From contig OZ287084.1 of assembly GCA_965645245.1 (NCBI GenBank), positions 930,001-994,000 on the forward strand: a stretch of DNA of 64,000 nt, read 5' to 3'. The notes below the pieces were generated by a model, which saw only the letters and a program-made list of their open reading frames with translations, was not told the DNA's origin and did no database searches. Positions 1 to 12,094 of this stretch are shown here, piece by piece (position 1 is the first letter of the stretch; the number at the start of each line of letters is the position of its first letter). A program made the translations under genes and the position numbers. Source of the stretch: Massalongia carnosa (taxonomy: Eukaryota).

Positions 1-1316
1 TAATTTATGCCTATGGTTCTATGTGAGAGTAAAAGTAGACTAAGACTCAAAATCAAATAATGTTGACGGTGATAAAATTTGATGCTAATAATGTGCACTG
101 GAGCTTAAAGGAACAAAAAACTTTTTCTACGCTATCAAATGTGTATCGCGGCAGCAACAAAACACGCTAGAGCAACGCTATCTTAGAGCTCAAACGACAA
201 CAAAAGTCAACGACATTAACCGTTTTTTCTTTTAAACAATTTGGGAAATGAACAGCAAGTTGCTCTGAAGTGTTCTACTTTCATCGTACTGTTGTTATCA
301 TTCTCTGGTCTATCAATGATAACTTAAATCTATTGGTTGTTGTCTTTTGCGTCCACGCCCGTTCCAGAGAGTATTTTTAAAGCTTTGTAATCACAAAGCA
401 CAAATCGTCAAGATTACAGTATTATTCTGATATCCTTCATAGCTTAGATATTGTTGTTTTTTATTTTTTCGTGTTTTAATTGCAAATTCACAGCTGTACA
501 ATAGTTCACCAGAACGTTGGGCATTATTAACAAGTGGCCAATGATTGTTCCAGCGATCGTTTAAAGGAGGAGCACAAAAACGAATATGTAAAATAGACGG
601 GGTGAAGCATTCTGCTGATTATTCTTCGATGTAGACTTTTGTCACCGTACCCACAGCAAGTCTTTGCCGCTGGACCACTGGCTGCAAGGCCCAATAAGTG
701 GTATGCAAAATTTTGTCTACGGTAAAGCCAAAGAAACATGCATCAGGGATACTAGAACCCATGAAAACAGATTTTTTCGTTTTTAAAAGGTGGTGAAGTT
801 GAATTCCTGCTGTTTGCTGAGGATGAGAAAGCCGGCCCGGCCAAAGATTATCATGGTAGAGATGGTAGAGACATCAATCTTCTCTTCATTGTCCAAGATG
901 TTGCAGTCAACTGGCTGGTTGAAGATATTCGGGGGTTATAGATTGCACAATCAAAGTCAATTTTATTACAGTGGTCCTAGGGTTGACAAGTGTTCAATTA
1001 GAATAGGTAGTTGAGCATCCTCAAGACATTTTTTCATAAGGACTGCAAATGTCATCATTTGATTCGGATAATGTTTCTTCCGCTAGTTATCAGGACCCGA
1101 AAGCGTAGGGCTTCTAGATAAATTCTAGTTGTCAGTCCTAGAATATAACAATCGACTCAACCACGGCTCAGGAACGGCTACATACTGATCTTAGGGTCAA
1201 TTCTGTCGCTCTTGAAAATGACAATCTACTCGCCTGGCTGCGTCAGTGCCTTGGGTTTCCGATTACTAGGCGAATAGTGGTAGAAACCTAGTGGGATCGG
1301 GTGGCGTGAAACAAGT

Positions 1317-4300
1317 ATGGGCTCAAGGCTTGAAGCGAACTCCTCAGCTGTTCGTAAGAGGATTGAGAAGCATAAGTTTGACAGTGAGGAAGGGGAAGAG
1401 TATGGGTCGTCAAGGTTTGGCGGTTTTACAGACTATTTCCGCCGGAAGAAGATCAAGCTTCAGAACCTTGATGCGGAACTGCGATCCTCGTCTTCGAACA
1501 ACCCTCCAATTTTCCGAGGTGTCGTTGCGCATGTCAATGGCTACACACAACCATCGCTGAACGATCTACATACGTTGATTGTCAGCTATGGGGGAGGGTT
1601 TCAACAATATTTGGATGGCAAGACCGCTGTTACGCATATAATTGCAAGCGCTCTAACGCCAAAGAAAAAAATCGAGTTCCGACGATATCGAATCGTGAAG
1701 CCGGCATGGGTGGTTGATAGCGTGAAAGCAGGAAAATTACTACCTTGGAATGCGTATAGGGTTGTCGATGAAGGAATAGGACAAAACGTACTGGCATTTG
1801 AGAATGGAAGTGTCATCAGCCAACTGAACACGCAAACAGTCGGCTATAGGGAGCAAACGGACAATAGCTGGTATACAAAGAAGTTTAACAATGAGCTAAA
1901 TAGCGGAACGCTTGAGCCCTCGTTCTCAAGCGCTCAGCCACAACCTATTGACGATGAAGATGACGATGATGATGATGATGATGACGATGACGATGAAACT
2001 TTTCGACCTGAGCAAGATAATGCACAAGGTTATGACTCATCGCTTTTAAACATAGCAGAGCAACCTTCAGATACTTATAAATCTCATAACCCATTTAAGG
2101 GCCACGCCGTTTCACGACGAAACACGTTACGAGTAGATGAATCTGAAATTACCCCTGAGTCCGATCTATATATTTCATATGATACAATCAGCAGAGGAGA
2201 AGGTCAGGAAAATGCTGAGTATATGGATGATTCATATGCATTTCAAGATGAGAATATTCAAGAGAACAATATGGACTCACTCTTCGTTAATGACGAGGTT
2301 GCTAAAGTTAACGATAATAATAAGCAAACAAAAGTTAAATCCGAGATGACCGCTGAGGGCCATAACGCTGCTCTCTTGGCAGATCCAAGGATATGGAAGT
2401 CTACAGTAGTCAATCCTGGGTTTTTAAAGCAGTATTACGAAGAGTCCCGACTGCATCATCTTTCTACGTGGAAAGCGGATCTTAAATCACAACTCCAGGC
2501 TTTGGCGGCGGAAAAATCGTCTTCACAAAAATTGCGGGAAAAGCGAGTCCCAGGGTCCAGACGATATATCCTTCACGTCGACTTCGATAGTTTCTTCGCT
2601 GCCGTGTCCCTCAAGAAATCCCCTGAATATGTCGACAAGCCAGTTGCTGTGGCGCATGGCGGAGGCTCGGGGTCCGAGATTGCCAGTTGCAACTATCCTG
2701 CCAGGAAATTCGGAGTAAAGAACGGCATGTGGATGAAGGCCGCCCAACAACTATGTCCCGATCTCAAAGTCTTACCGTATGACTTCAAAGCCTATGAAGA
2801 GGCTAGTAGAGATTTCTATGAAGCTATTATGGATACCGGAGGGATTGTGCAAAGTGTCAGTGTGGATGAAGCGTTAGTGGATGTTAGTTCACTGTGTGTT
2901 GTAGAAGGCAGCCATGACGGTAAGGGCGTTTCTGAGGGGAGTATTTGGCAAGAACAAGCTAAGGCCGATGATATTGCTAAGGGTCTTCGTAGGGAGATCA
3001 AGCAGAAAACAGGCTGTGCCGTTTCAATAGGGGTTGGGGGGAACATACTTCTGGCCAAAGTTGCGCTGAGAAAAGCAAAGCCCGCGGGCCAGTATCATAT
3101 CAAACCGGAAGAGGTACTCGAGTTTATAGGCGATTTGCTGGTACAAGATCTTCCGGGAGTTGCGCATAGCATCGGAGGTAAGTTGAAGGAGATTGGTGTG
3201 AAGTTTGTCAAAGATGTGCGTGGACTTTCCAAGGAACGGCTGATGTCGACACTTGGACCCAAGACAGGTGAAAAGATGTGGGATTATTCGCAAGGCATAG
3301 ATCGCGTCGAGGTGGGCGAGCAGGTCGTACGCAAGTCCGTCTCCGCTGAGGTCAACTGGGGAATACGATTTGTAACCCAAGAGCAAGCGGATGAATTCGT
3401 CCAAAGTTTATGCGAGGAGCTACATAAACGCTTACTTGCAGAGAAAGTCAAAGGCCGGCAACTTACTCTGAAAATCATGAGACGTGCGGCAGATGCTCCG
3501 CTAGATCCACCTAAGCATCTGGGTCATGGGAAGTGTGATACCTATAACAAAAGTGTTATTCTAGGTGTTGCAACGGACGACAAGGAAGTTCTTGGTCGAG
3601 AAGCCATCTCAATCATGCGGGGCTGGGGCTTTTCTCCAGGGGAGCTTCGGGGCATTGGCTTGCAAGTGACAAAACTTGAACCGCTCAAGGGATCGTTGCA
3701 AAGCCCATCATTTAGCAGCCAGAAGCGTCTTCAATTTAAGATTTTTGAACCCTCCAAGGTTCTCACCCGCCGAGAGGAATTAGTTGACGACGTAGACAGC
3801 CCTCCGAAGCCGCGAGCCCCTCTTCCACATCCAGCCGCTGTACATTCGTTGGAAATGTCTCCGAGCGGGAGGCCCCGTCAACCCCTTAATACTCTCGGAA
3901 CCCAGTTTGTGCTTCCCACCCAAGTGGATCCAGATGTGCTTGCCGAGCTTCCCGAGGATGTGAGATCCAAGGTTGTGCCTCAAAACCCCCACAAGGTGCC
4001 ATTTCAGTTAAGCGCAGACCCGTTCACCGAGTCACGCTCGAACTCTCCTGCCTTGCCTCCGAATCTGTTGCCTGCTCAATCCCAGCTGGATCCAGAATCT
4101 CTGGATGCTCTTCCTGAGGACGTTCGTGCGGAAATTCTCGCATTCTACCACACATCTCCCAAGAAGGCTTCGGCGAAAGGGCTCCTACCTCAATCGCCCC
4201 GGAAGATCCGCTCCATTAAGCCCATCAACCGGAAAACCACAACACCGACGAAAAAGCGAGGAGGTCTACGTTCTCGTGGCCGCTATGGCATCAAAGCCAC

Positions 4301-4880
4301 CACGAGCTCAACTCTGACGCAGTCCAATTTCGTCGCCAGTCGTGCTCTCGATCCCGGGGACGATGATCCCGGGGAAGTTTCCGCCGAGTTTCTCTCGGCA
4401 CTACCCGAGGATATCCGCCGCGAAGTGCTCGACCAAGCGCGGCGTGACCGTCTCAAGAAGCGGGGGGGCATCGATCTCGTCACGAAAAAGCCCAGCCGAG
4501 CCACTCGCCCCACTCGCCCCCCACCTGGGCAGCGCGTTCTCCAACTTCCGCCACGGCCACCACGACCCACGTTCACGGCGGAGAGATTGAGCCGGCTGCC
4601 CGATCTACGAGACGCCGTTCATGCTTGGTTTGCGGAGTTCATGGACGACGGACCGTATGGCGAGGATGTGGAGGCGTTGGTGAAGTACTTGAGCAAGGTG
4701 GTCGGGGAGGAGGGTGACATGAGCAAAGCGGTGAGCGTGGCGAAGTGGCTGGGATGGGTGATTGACGATGCGGGAGGCGCGGGCAAGGGAGTGGCGGCGT
4801 GGAAGGAAGCACAGGCGCAAGTCGAGGAGGGGATCCAGGGAGCCATCCAGGCCAGGGGTTTAGCGAGGGTGGAATTCTAA
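1317..4880 (+). CDS. REV1: DNA repair protein Rev1 (Y-family deoxycytidyl transferase)
   Basis: Intronless 1187-aa ORF. N-terminal BRCT (VAHVNGYTQPS...KPAWVVDS), SRLHHLSTWK, Y-family motifs HVDFDSFFAAV, SCNYPARKFG and SVDEA, three UBM-like LPED(V/I)R repeats, C-terminal helical domain. Confidence 0.97.
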   Translation: MGSRLEANSSAVRKRIEKHKFDSEEGEEYGSSRFGGFTDYFRRKKIKLQNLDAELRSSSSNNPPIFRGVVAHVNGYTQPSLNDLHTLIVSYGGGFQQYLDGKTAVTHIIASALTPKKKIEFRRYRIVKPAWVVDSVKAGKLLPWNAYRVVDEGIGQNVLAFENGSVISQLNTQTVGYREQTDNSWYTKKFNNELNSGTLEPSFSSAQPQPIDDEDDDDDDDDDDDDETFRPEQDNAQGYDSSLLNIAEQPSDTYKSHNPFKGHAVSRRNTLRVDESEITPESDLYISYDTISRGEGQENAEYMDDSYAFQDENIQENNMDSLFVNDEVAKVNDNNKQTKVKSEMTAEGHNAALLADPRIWKSTVVNPGFLKQYYEESRLHHLSTWKADLKSQLQALAAEKSSSQKLREKRVPGSRRYILHVDFDSFFAAVSLKKSPEYVDKPVAVAHGGGSGSEIASCNYPARKFGVKNGMWMKAAQQLCPDLKVLPYDFKAYEEASRDFYEAIMDTGGIVQSVSVDEALVDVSSLCVVEGSHDGKGVSEGSIWQEQAKADDIAKGLRREIKQKTGCAVSIGVGGNILLAKVALRKAKPAGQYHIKPEEVLEFIGDLLVQDLPGVAHSIGGKLKEIGVKFVKDVRGLSKERLMSTLGPKTGEKMWDYSQGIDRVEVGEQVVRKSVSAEVNWGIRFVTQEQADEFVQSLCEELHKRLLAEKVKGRQLTLKIMRRAADAPLDPPKHLGHGKCDTYNKSVILGVATDDKEVLGREAISIMRGWGFSPGELRGIGLQVTKLEPLKGSLQSPSFSSQKRLQFKIFEPSKVLTRREELVDDVDSPPKPRAPLPHPAAVHSLEMSPSGRPRQPLNTLGTQFVLPTQVDPDVLAELPEDVRSKVVPQNPHKVPFQLSADPFTESRSNSPALPPNLLPAQSQLDPESLDALPEDVRAEILAFYHTSPKKASAKGLLPQSPRKIRSIKPINRKTTTPTKKRGGLRSRGRYGIKATTSSTLTQSNFVASRALDPGDDDPGEVSAEFLSALPEDIRREVLDQARRDRLKKRGGIDLVTKKPSRATRPTRPPPGQRVLQLPPRPPRPTFTAERLSRLPDLRDAVHAWFAEFMDDGPYGEDVEALVKYLSKVVGEEGDMSKAVSVAKWLGWVIDDAGGAGKGVAAWKEAQAQVEEGIQGAIQARGLARVEF

Positions 4881-5685
4881 GGGGATCAGGCGAGGAGCGT
4901 TTGCCATGTGTTTGGGTGGTCATGTCCACGATATTCCCCATGCTGCATATTACCGTCCGAGTGTTCTTGTTGTGAGGGGGGGATCCCCAGGATCGTAGTT
5001 TACTCCGACGTTGGTATATTATAGTCCATAAGTCGGCCAGTTGATGGACCGAATCCCGGGAATCAACGTCTTTCGAAGAGCATGACCGAGTTTCCTCGGT
5101 GGCTTGGCTCTTGGTACGTCGATGGGTTTAGTTTCCATGGAATGACTCCGAAACACGCAACCCGATCTGTTCCGGAAACCATCCGATTTGCTTCATCCCC
5201 ATTCAAGCAACGATTGGCTCTGATCCGCTGACGCTCGTTTAGTGTTTCCCTCTTTGTTGACGCTTAGACCTTCTCCTGTCGGCTATCGTTGCCCGCTCGT
5301 AGTGTTTGCCGTTCTCGAAACGGAATGCGCACACGAATGCGGTCAGCCACGATCTGCATCCGTGACAGCCTCCAAGCTGAGTTGAGACGAAAGCGTCTTT
5401 CTCGATTTGCTGTTCTGATTGGTGGCATTGAACGGACGGAAAAGGAATTGGGCTTGCGCGGGGATGAACGAAAGCACAACAAGGGGGGAGTGCCCGAGTA
5501 CAAGCGTTGGCATTCTGGGATCCCTTCCTTCTCGTCCTTTTATTTACTTTCTGACTCATCATCTTTCATCTTCAATCTTCAATCTTCAATCTCCATCTCC
5601 ATCTCCATCTCCATGATTGAATCACGCGGGCGATGACCTTGTCGATGCATCTTCCCGAACCATCTCGGCTCCCCGGCCCCACGTC

Positions 5686-6882
5686 ATGTCGCTCACCGTC
5701 AAGCACCTAAACGACGACTCGACCTTCCTCCTCACCTTCTCCCCCCTCGAAGTCCCCTCTCGCCATGGCTCTCACCAGCTCCAACCACCACCAGGCACAT
5801 TCTCCATCCTCGTGGACCCATGGATCACTGGGCCCTCGTTGATGTGGCATTCGAAATTCCTCCTCTCCCGACACACGGTCCCACCATGCATCCAGCACCT
5901 CTCCCACATCCCGCCTCCAAACGTCGTGCTCGTCTCACAAGACAAACCCGATCACTGTCACGAAACGACCTTGCGCCAACTGGACGCGAACTCACGCCTT
6001 ACTACCATTCTCGCCGAACCGGCCGCGGCGAAGAAGATTCGAGCCATGAAGCACTTCAACCCATCGCAAATACACGCTCTCCCCGTCTACTCGGAGCGAA
6101 AGCCGGAATCGGTCGTCCGCTTCCTCGTTCCGCCGTTATCGCCAGCCGGAACACCGGGCGAAGTGACCATGGCATTCATCCCCGCCAAACTGGACGTGTC
6201 CGGCTTGCATAACGCCGTTGGCATCACCTACCGCCCCCCAACTGCTGCCTACATACCACCCGCCAGCCATCTCTTCACGCCTCCCCTCTCGATTTCATCG
6301 CTCCAACAAACGTTGGATCACTCGAACTTTTCGCAAAACCTCCCTCCAACCCCTCCAGATTCCCCCAACCTTCTCCTTCGCAGCACAACGACGACGACGA
6401 CAACGACCACCGCCTCCACCGTCCCTTCCACCCCGCCCGCCTCGCATCCATCTCCCTCCCTCTCCATATCCTCCACCTCCTCCTCCACCTTCTCCCCTCC
6501 CGTCTCCGCCAAAACCCTATCGGTGATCTACTCCCCTCATGGTGCCCCCCTTCCCCTAATCCTCAATTATGCAACCTACCATCTCGTACCTCTCGCCGCC
6601 CTCCCTTTGACCGCGCTCCTGCACTCCCTCGATCGGGTGCAGAACCCCTGGTGGCTGGGCGGAAACATCAATGCCGGGCTTCCTGGTGGGGTGGAGATCG
6701 CCCGCGCGCTGATGGCCCGGTGTTGGATTGGCGCGCACGACGAGGAGAAGGAGAATAGCGGGGTCAGCGTGATGAAGGTGGTGACGAGGAAGTTTTCAAG
6801 AGAGGAGGTGAGGGGTTTGGTGGGTCGGGAGACGCAGGTGGAGGTGTTGGGCGTTGGGGAGGAGCTGGCGTTGAGAACCTGA
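5686..6882 (+). CDS. Conserved fungal protein with metallo-beta-lactamase-like fold
   Basis: Long ORF; first ATG at 5686 (the track start is TTG). Motifs HLNDDSTFLL, ILVDPW, SQDKPDHCH, YSPHG and WIGAHDE, with an S/T/P-rich insert. Confidence 0.7.
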   Translation: MSLTVKHLNDDSTFLLTFSPLEVPSRHGSHQLQPPPGTFSILVDPWITGPSLMWHSKFLLSRHTVPPCIQHLSHIPPPNVVLVSQDKPDHCHETTLRQLDANSRLTTILAEPAAAKKIRAMKHFNPSQIHALPVYSERKPESVVRFLVPPLSPAGTPGEVTMAFIPAKLDVSGLHNAVGITYRPPTAAYIPPASHLFTPPLSISSLQQTLDHSNFSQNLPPTPPDSPNLLLRSTTTTTTTTTASTVPSTPPASHPSPSLSISSTSSSTFSPPVSAKTLSVIYSPHGAPLPLILNYATYHLVPLAALPLTALLHSLDRVQNPWWLGGNINAGLPGGVEIARALMARCWIGAHDEEKENSGVSVMKVVTRKFSREEVRGLVGRETQVEVLGVGEELALRT

Positions 6883-7348
6883 GGAGTCCTCTACGGCGTA
6901 CATATTAGGCGTTTGGGTGATCCATGGGGGTTGTGTTGTGGTATCAAACAAGGGGTTCCACCGCACCCGGGCATGATGAAAATGGGTCTGCTTCCGGGAG
7001 CTTCCCTGTGGGTGGGCCGAGAGAACACTGGCGTTGGTTGGGGGAAGGCACCGGGTGAGAATCGGCAAGCGTAGGGCCGTACGGATGGAGGGAGGGATGG
7101 GTTGGTTGGAAGTACAGGCATTTCGCCGAATCTATTCCTTTCTAATTTAATTTAATTCTCTTTATATAACCCCTTTTTTATTTTATTTTGTGGCTTCCGG
7201 GTCCTCAAAAACCCAACCCGATTCTGCGTCCGTCCCTACGTACTTCTCTCCTCTAATATACTTGATCTGCTAGATAGGCGTGCGGTATACCAATATAGGT
7301 ACGTATTTAAACCCCCCCCCCCCCCGGTTTGAGCAGCCTTTCGAGTAA

Positions 7349-7375
7349 TCCAATCCAATCCAATCCAATCCAATC
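7349..7375. repeat. (CCAAT)n microsatellite
   Basis: About five tandem CCAAT units. Confidence 0.85.
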
Positions 7376-7999
7376 CCTAGGCTTCCCCCTTCCACTCCAG
7401 CCAAAAAAGCGCATTCCGTCAAGTGTTGACAAAGTCGGAGAAAAGAGGAAACATTGAGCAAAATCCCGTAAAAGTACTTTCCCTTCTCCCCAAATAGCAG
7501 CCAACATAACCACTGTAGTGATACGAGATGAGAAATCAACGCGTTCCCCCCCACGTCCGATACACCAAAGCAGTTTCAAGTTCCCCCTCCCCCCCCCAAT
7601 TTAGTCCTTTTCCTCTCCACTTCCCCTTAGTCCCATCGTCGGTTTTCTCGTGTTACTGCCGCTCCCCCGGGCAGCCAGGGTATATATATATACAGTAGGT
7701 ATATAGAAAATATTTAAAAAAAAAAAAGGCCCGCTTCTCCCCTCCGACTGCCGCAACCAAGGTATTCAGAGCGTGGTGCTATCGAGGATGTTGCCGAGCG
7801 AGGTGTATACATCTCCAACGGGGTCCGTCGCAGACGAATGGATATGACATTACATCTATTGTGTTTTAATTGACCCCCGCCGACATGATTGGGCCGGCGC
7901 TGCGTAAAATACGCAGAACCAAGGGGCAGGCGTACCGACGACACGCCAAGACGTAACCGTTTTCCCTAGCACTCCCATCCTCCTGTCCGCAAAGAGAAA

Positions 8000-9169
8000 T
8001 CAAAACGGCATCGCGAAACTCGGCAAGCCCTGCGCGTCCAGAGCCCGCCCGTGGGCATCCGACCCCGCCTCCGCCCCCGATCCAAGCAAGCCGCACCGTC
8101 GCAGCCGCGCCCGATCCCACATGCACCAACCCCACTGCAGGAAGCAGCTCCGCTGTGCCTGGCCGGCCTGGAGATGCTTCGCCTGCGCAACCGACGTGTT
8201 CGCTCGAGCGGTGCGCGAGCAGGCATCGCGCCACTGAATCAACGGCGCGGCCCGGGACGAGAACACCCAGATTCGATTGCCGAGGTTCCGGCCAAAGGGA
8301 AGGTCCTCGTGGGGATCCACATGACTGCCGGGGCCGGGCAGCCGGTCGAGCAAGCGATGGACAAACTTCAGCTCCCGCGGTACGATACGGTCAGCAGCGG
8401 CAGCGGTCCCGGCCGAGTGGCGAAAGGCGTCGAGACGCCTCCTCTCAGCGCAGAGGTGGTTCCGGACGGCCTCCAGCTCGTCGCACTCCCAGTCGCAGAA
8501 GTGAGAGAGGAAGGCGCGCAGGCGATCGGCGCCGCCATCGCGAGCCTGGCGAGACACGCGGAAGAACGCCGCGGGGTCGGCGGTGGCGCTCCGCTGGAGA
8601 TCGGCCACTAGGCGGTCAATGCGGTGGAAGAGCTCGCAGTAGAGCTTCACGCGCCAGAAGGCGCGGTGGACGCGGTGTAGCTCCGTCCACGTGGCGGGCT
8701 CATGGGCCATGCCTTCCATCGAGCTGGGGCGGATGAGTCGGGCCTGGACGAAGGATCCCACGGCGCTGTCGATGTCAGCGCATACGTTGGCGAGCCGGTG
8801 CAGCGCGAAGAGCGGACAGAGCGGGGGGGGAATGAAAGCCCGCACGAACGCGACGGGGCACATCGCCTCCCGGGTTTCCAGATGTCGCCGGTAGAACCGG
8901 TCGATGTGCGTCAGACGCTGGAAGCGGAACGCCTGCACGCTCATGGTGGCTATGAGCAGCTGCTGCAGCTCCTGCGGCATGGCGGCTCGGAGGACGGGAA
9001 CGAGGATCTCCGCATGGTATTTCCGGTACAGGTCCCGAACCCAGGGATAGCCGGAGATGAAGTCTCGAAGCGTGCTCGGCGTGGACATGTTCTTCATCAG
9101 TTCGATGAGCAGCTCCGCGGGCAGGTCGGTAATGTTGGTCCTGCCGCGTTGAGGTGGTAGGTTCGCCAT
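8000..9169 (-). CDS. Putative F-box-like domain protein
   Basis: GC-rich ORF of ~390 aa. N-terminal ITDLPAELLIELMKNM resembles an F-box; TELHRVHRAFWR and WGWCMWDRARL resemble motifs of fungal F-box-associated hypothetical proteins. Confidence 0.6.
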   Translation of the reverse strand: MANLPPQRGRTNITDLPAELLIELMKNMSTPSTLRDFISGYPWVRDLYRKYHAEILVPVLRAAMPQELQQLLIATMSVQAFRFQRLTHIDRFYRRHLETREAMCPVAFVRAFIPPPLCPLFALHRLANVCADIDSAVGSFVQARLIRPSSMEGMAHEPATWTELHRVHRAFWRVKLYCELFHRIDRLVADLQRSATADPAAFFRVSRQARDGGADRLRAFLSHFCDWECDELEAVRNHLCAERRRLDAFRHSAGTAAAADRIVPRELKFVHRLLDRLPGPGSHVDPHEDLPFGRNLGNRIWVFSSRAAPLIQWRDACSRTARANTSVAQAKHLQAGQAQRSCFLQWGWCMWDRARLRRCGLLGSGAEAGSDAHGRALDAQGLPSFAMPF

Positions 9170-9793
9170 AGCGGACTTAGAGGCGGGAATTTTGGGGTTC
9201 AAAATGTAGGTATAGAAGGAAGAGAGTTACAGTCTATAAGAAGGTACTGTTCCTGAAGAAATGCATTTATATAATATATAAGGGAACGTCAGCAAGAGAA
9301 GTTGCCCATGAAGCAAGCGAAATGACAACTGAAGGAGAATAGAAATAGTAAAAGCCTTCCATGAAAAGCACATGCAAGGTGCAGTTCTATATCCCCAGTT
9401 TGTACATATAGCAGGAGCGAGATCTCGCCAAGAATTTAGCACAAGATAACGTGCATGTGGAAGGGGAAAGCGCGATTGGGTCTCAGGAAGGAGAGTTCCA
9501 TGTGAAGATGATGGTCTAGAATAGGATTAGGCTATGAGTGGGTACCCTTTTGCCCGCAGAACCCATCGGTCTTGCTCAATATATATATTTTCTGAAATGG
9601 AACGGCTCCGACTTCCTCGCTAACCTACCGTCCTTTCGGCTGGGGTGCCCTTGGGTCTTCATTGGGTTTCTGGATCCTCATCATTCGCCGGCCGGATTAT
9701 ACATAGACCTAACGCCAAATATCCCTCAATTGCTCGGCGATCAGCGAACCAACGGAGAATTTAAGCCATTCTGGAACGTTGAGTTTCGGGTGC

Positions 9794-10626
9794 TCAACTG
9801 GCTTTCCTAACCCAGCCTTCAACCACCTCCCTACCCTCCTTCACCCCCTCCTCCACCGCTCTCCGGACCCGCGCGTATGCAGCCCTACTCTCTTTCACCC
9901 CGTCCTCAATCGCTCCTCTTATCCGCAAGTGATTCATCGATATGACCGGCACTTTCTCCTCGTACGTCCACACCAGGTCATTCACGTTCCGCATCGTCAC
10001 CGGTAGGACCACCCACGCTGCCCCTAGACCCACAGCGGCAGGCACGGTAGCTCTCAGAAGAACGTTTCGGTTCCGCGATACGATGGATCCCGCCATCGCG
10101 GCTACGAGCACGTAGAGACTCCCGGGCAGGAGGCGTTCGTGAGACTCGGGCGGGGGCGCCAGCGAAGCTATTGTTTGTGTGAACGCACGCTCGTGATGTA
10201 AGGCGGAAGACATGAAGGCATTCAGGCCGTCTTCGGTAGCGACGGTGTGCGCGTAGAGGAATAGACGCGCGCGGCGAACTTCTGCTGCAAAACGATCCGT
10301 GAGGGTGGGAGAGGCGGTTTCTGATGAAGGTGTAGGGCTGGGTTTTGGGGGGCGGCGGGTAGTGGAGTGGATATCATAGATGGGTTTGCGCGATGGCTAG
10401 AAGAAATAAAATTAGACGGGGCCTGTGGGTAATGCGGTACGAGGCTCGCCTTTAGGTCGGAAGGTGCTTCGGTGTATATAGTTGATCTGGGATAGATATT
10501 GACCGCTGCCAAAGCGGCCAACACCGAGATGGGGTTTCGCTGCGTTCACAGTTAATTAGACAATTATACACATGTTTTAGCTCGAGCAATCAGACTCACG
10601 CTCTTCCTTAAGTGCTTGGATGCCAT
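9794..10626 (-). CDS. MICOS complex subunit Mic26/Mic27 (ApoO family), spliced
   Basis: ATG at 10626 with two introns. Reconstructed RKPIYD, TLTDRFAAEVRRARLFL, ERLLPGSLYVLVAAMAGSIVSRNRN and LPVTMRN, typical of the ApoO/MICOS family. Confidence 0.85.
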
Positions 10627-10700
10627 TGGAGGGAGAGGTTTGAATGTAACTGTCGCTGAAGATGAAAGTTCCATTTCCAGCTCCATTGAGCGCGTTGAAA

Positions 10701-10764
10701 CCACGTGATGAAATCGAGGACGGACCGCCTTTCTTATTTAAGTCATGTGATCAAGTCATGTGAT
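10701..10764. promoter_or_regulatory. Cluster of E-box-like sites upstream of the MICOS gene
   Basis: CCACGTGA plus a direct repeat of AAGTCATGTGAT within ~140 bp of the ATG. Confidence 0.3.
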
Positions 10765-12094
10765 ACCTAATTATGCTAGAATAGTATTAAGTTGTCCTCT
10801 TGGATGCCCATTCCCCATTGACAACTCTTCTCCCCTTGAAATGTCGGTTTCTGGACTCCTTACTCCGTACATCTGTTTTTTGCGGCTAAAAAGCTAGGTC
10901 TTCCGAAAATAACATCAAGGCTGGCGGAAGAAACTGAATATTCCATCAGGCTCGCCAACCTGACACTTCAATGTTCAGGCTGGGACTGCCCTAGACTGCT
11001 TGGAAAATGCTTCACTCGTTTATGTAACTCTTCCCCGCATTTTCATCCAAGCTTTTAGCTTGGATCCGCGTGGAGTGATCTTTTGTTGCTATCCTTTGTC
11101 AGGCATATTGGATGGTGAAGCACTGCGTTTGACCACAGCCTTTCCAACATCGCCTCCAAGCCAATCCTATCCCACCCACTTTACCGACCTCCATGTATGG
11201 GGATTACCTGGATGAAAACCCTCGTTTCATGGATTTGAACTCAGAGCGAATGGCGGCGAAGTGGCTGCTTATGACTGTTAAAATGGAATTGACACGTGGA
11301 TTTCCCTGAAGCCGAAGACTCGGCTATTGTGTGTTGAAGGTCGAAACTACTGATGAAGAGTGGATATATTGTTGATAGTAGTTTGGTGAGCTTGAAGCGA
11401 CCGATTATATCTCGCATACCTAGGTTTTTTACCGCTTAAACCACGATGTCTTAGCTAAACGCCGAAAATTCCAGTTGATAACGATGCTGCACGGTCAAAA
11501 ACAATAGCTCTGGGACAGCCTCGAGCGCGGCATGCTCCATTTTCTCCATGAACGAGCGTGTTTATTACTACCGTGCCACACGAGCGGGAAGAGCAAAACG
11601 CATCCCTCGACGCATGACACATCCAAAACCATGGCTTGCTGGCTTTGCCGCAGCCACTGTGTTTGAACTCCGCATTTAGCGTTCAGGTATATTTTGCATC
11701 TGCGTGAACTCGTTGATGGTCTTTTGGGGTCCGTATTTGCATTCGGTTGAATATGTACGCAAGTGCCGTTGACAGGCTGTGCTCCTAGCAGCCCTGAGAT
11801 TTATTATTATTCAAGCCATCAGGCTGCGTAGATAACAGGTTCTTGGATCATAGCTTTTTTCCTATTGCAATCGAGTTTGGATAAGTTACAGATGCTGCAT
11901 GTTCTGCGGCATGCACATGGTTATAGTGTTGGTTATGCGGCTTGAACATCAATAGTATTGAGATGGTTTAATTAATCCCTTATAAAAGGACAATGGCCAC
12001 ACGGGCTGAAGAAAATCAGATTGGCTGCAATCTCCATTTTCTGCTTCTGCTTCTGCTTCTGCTCGAGCTACATGCGAACTCCTGACTTTCAAGA

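Noticed and set aside
1..1100. AT-rich segment possibly a decayed gene or transposon
   Set aside because: Only short ORFs, no recognisable motif or termini, and truncated by the window edge.
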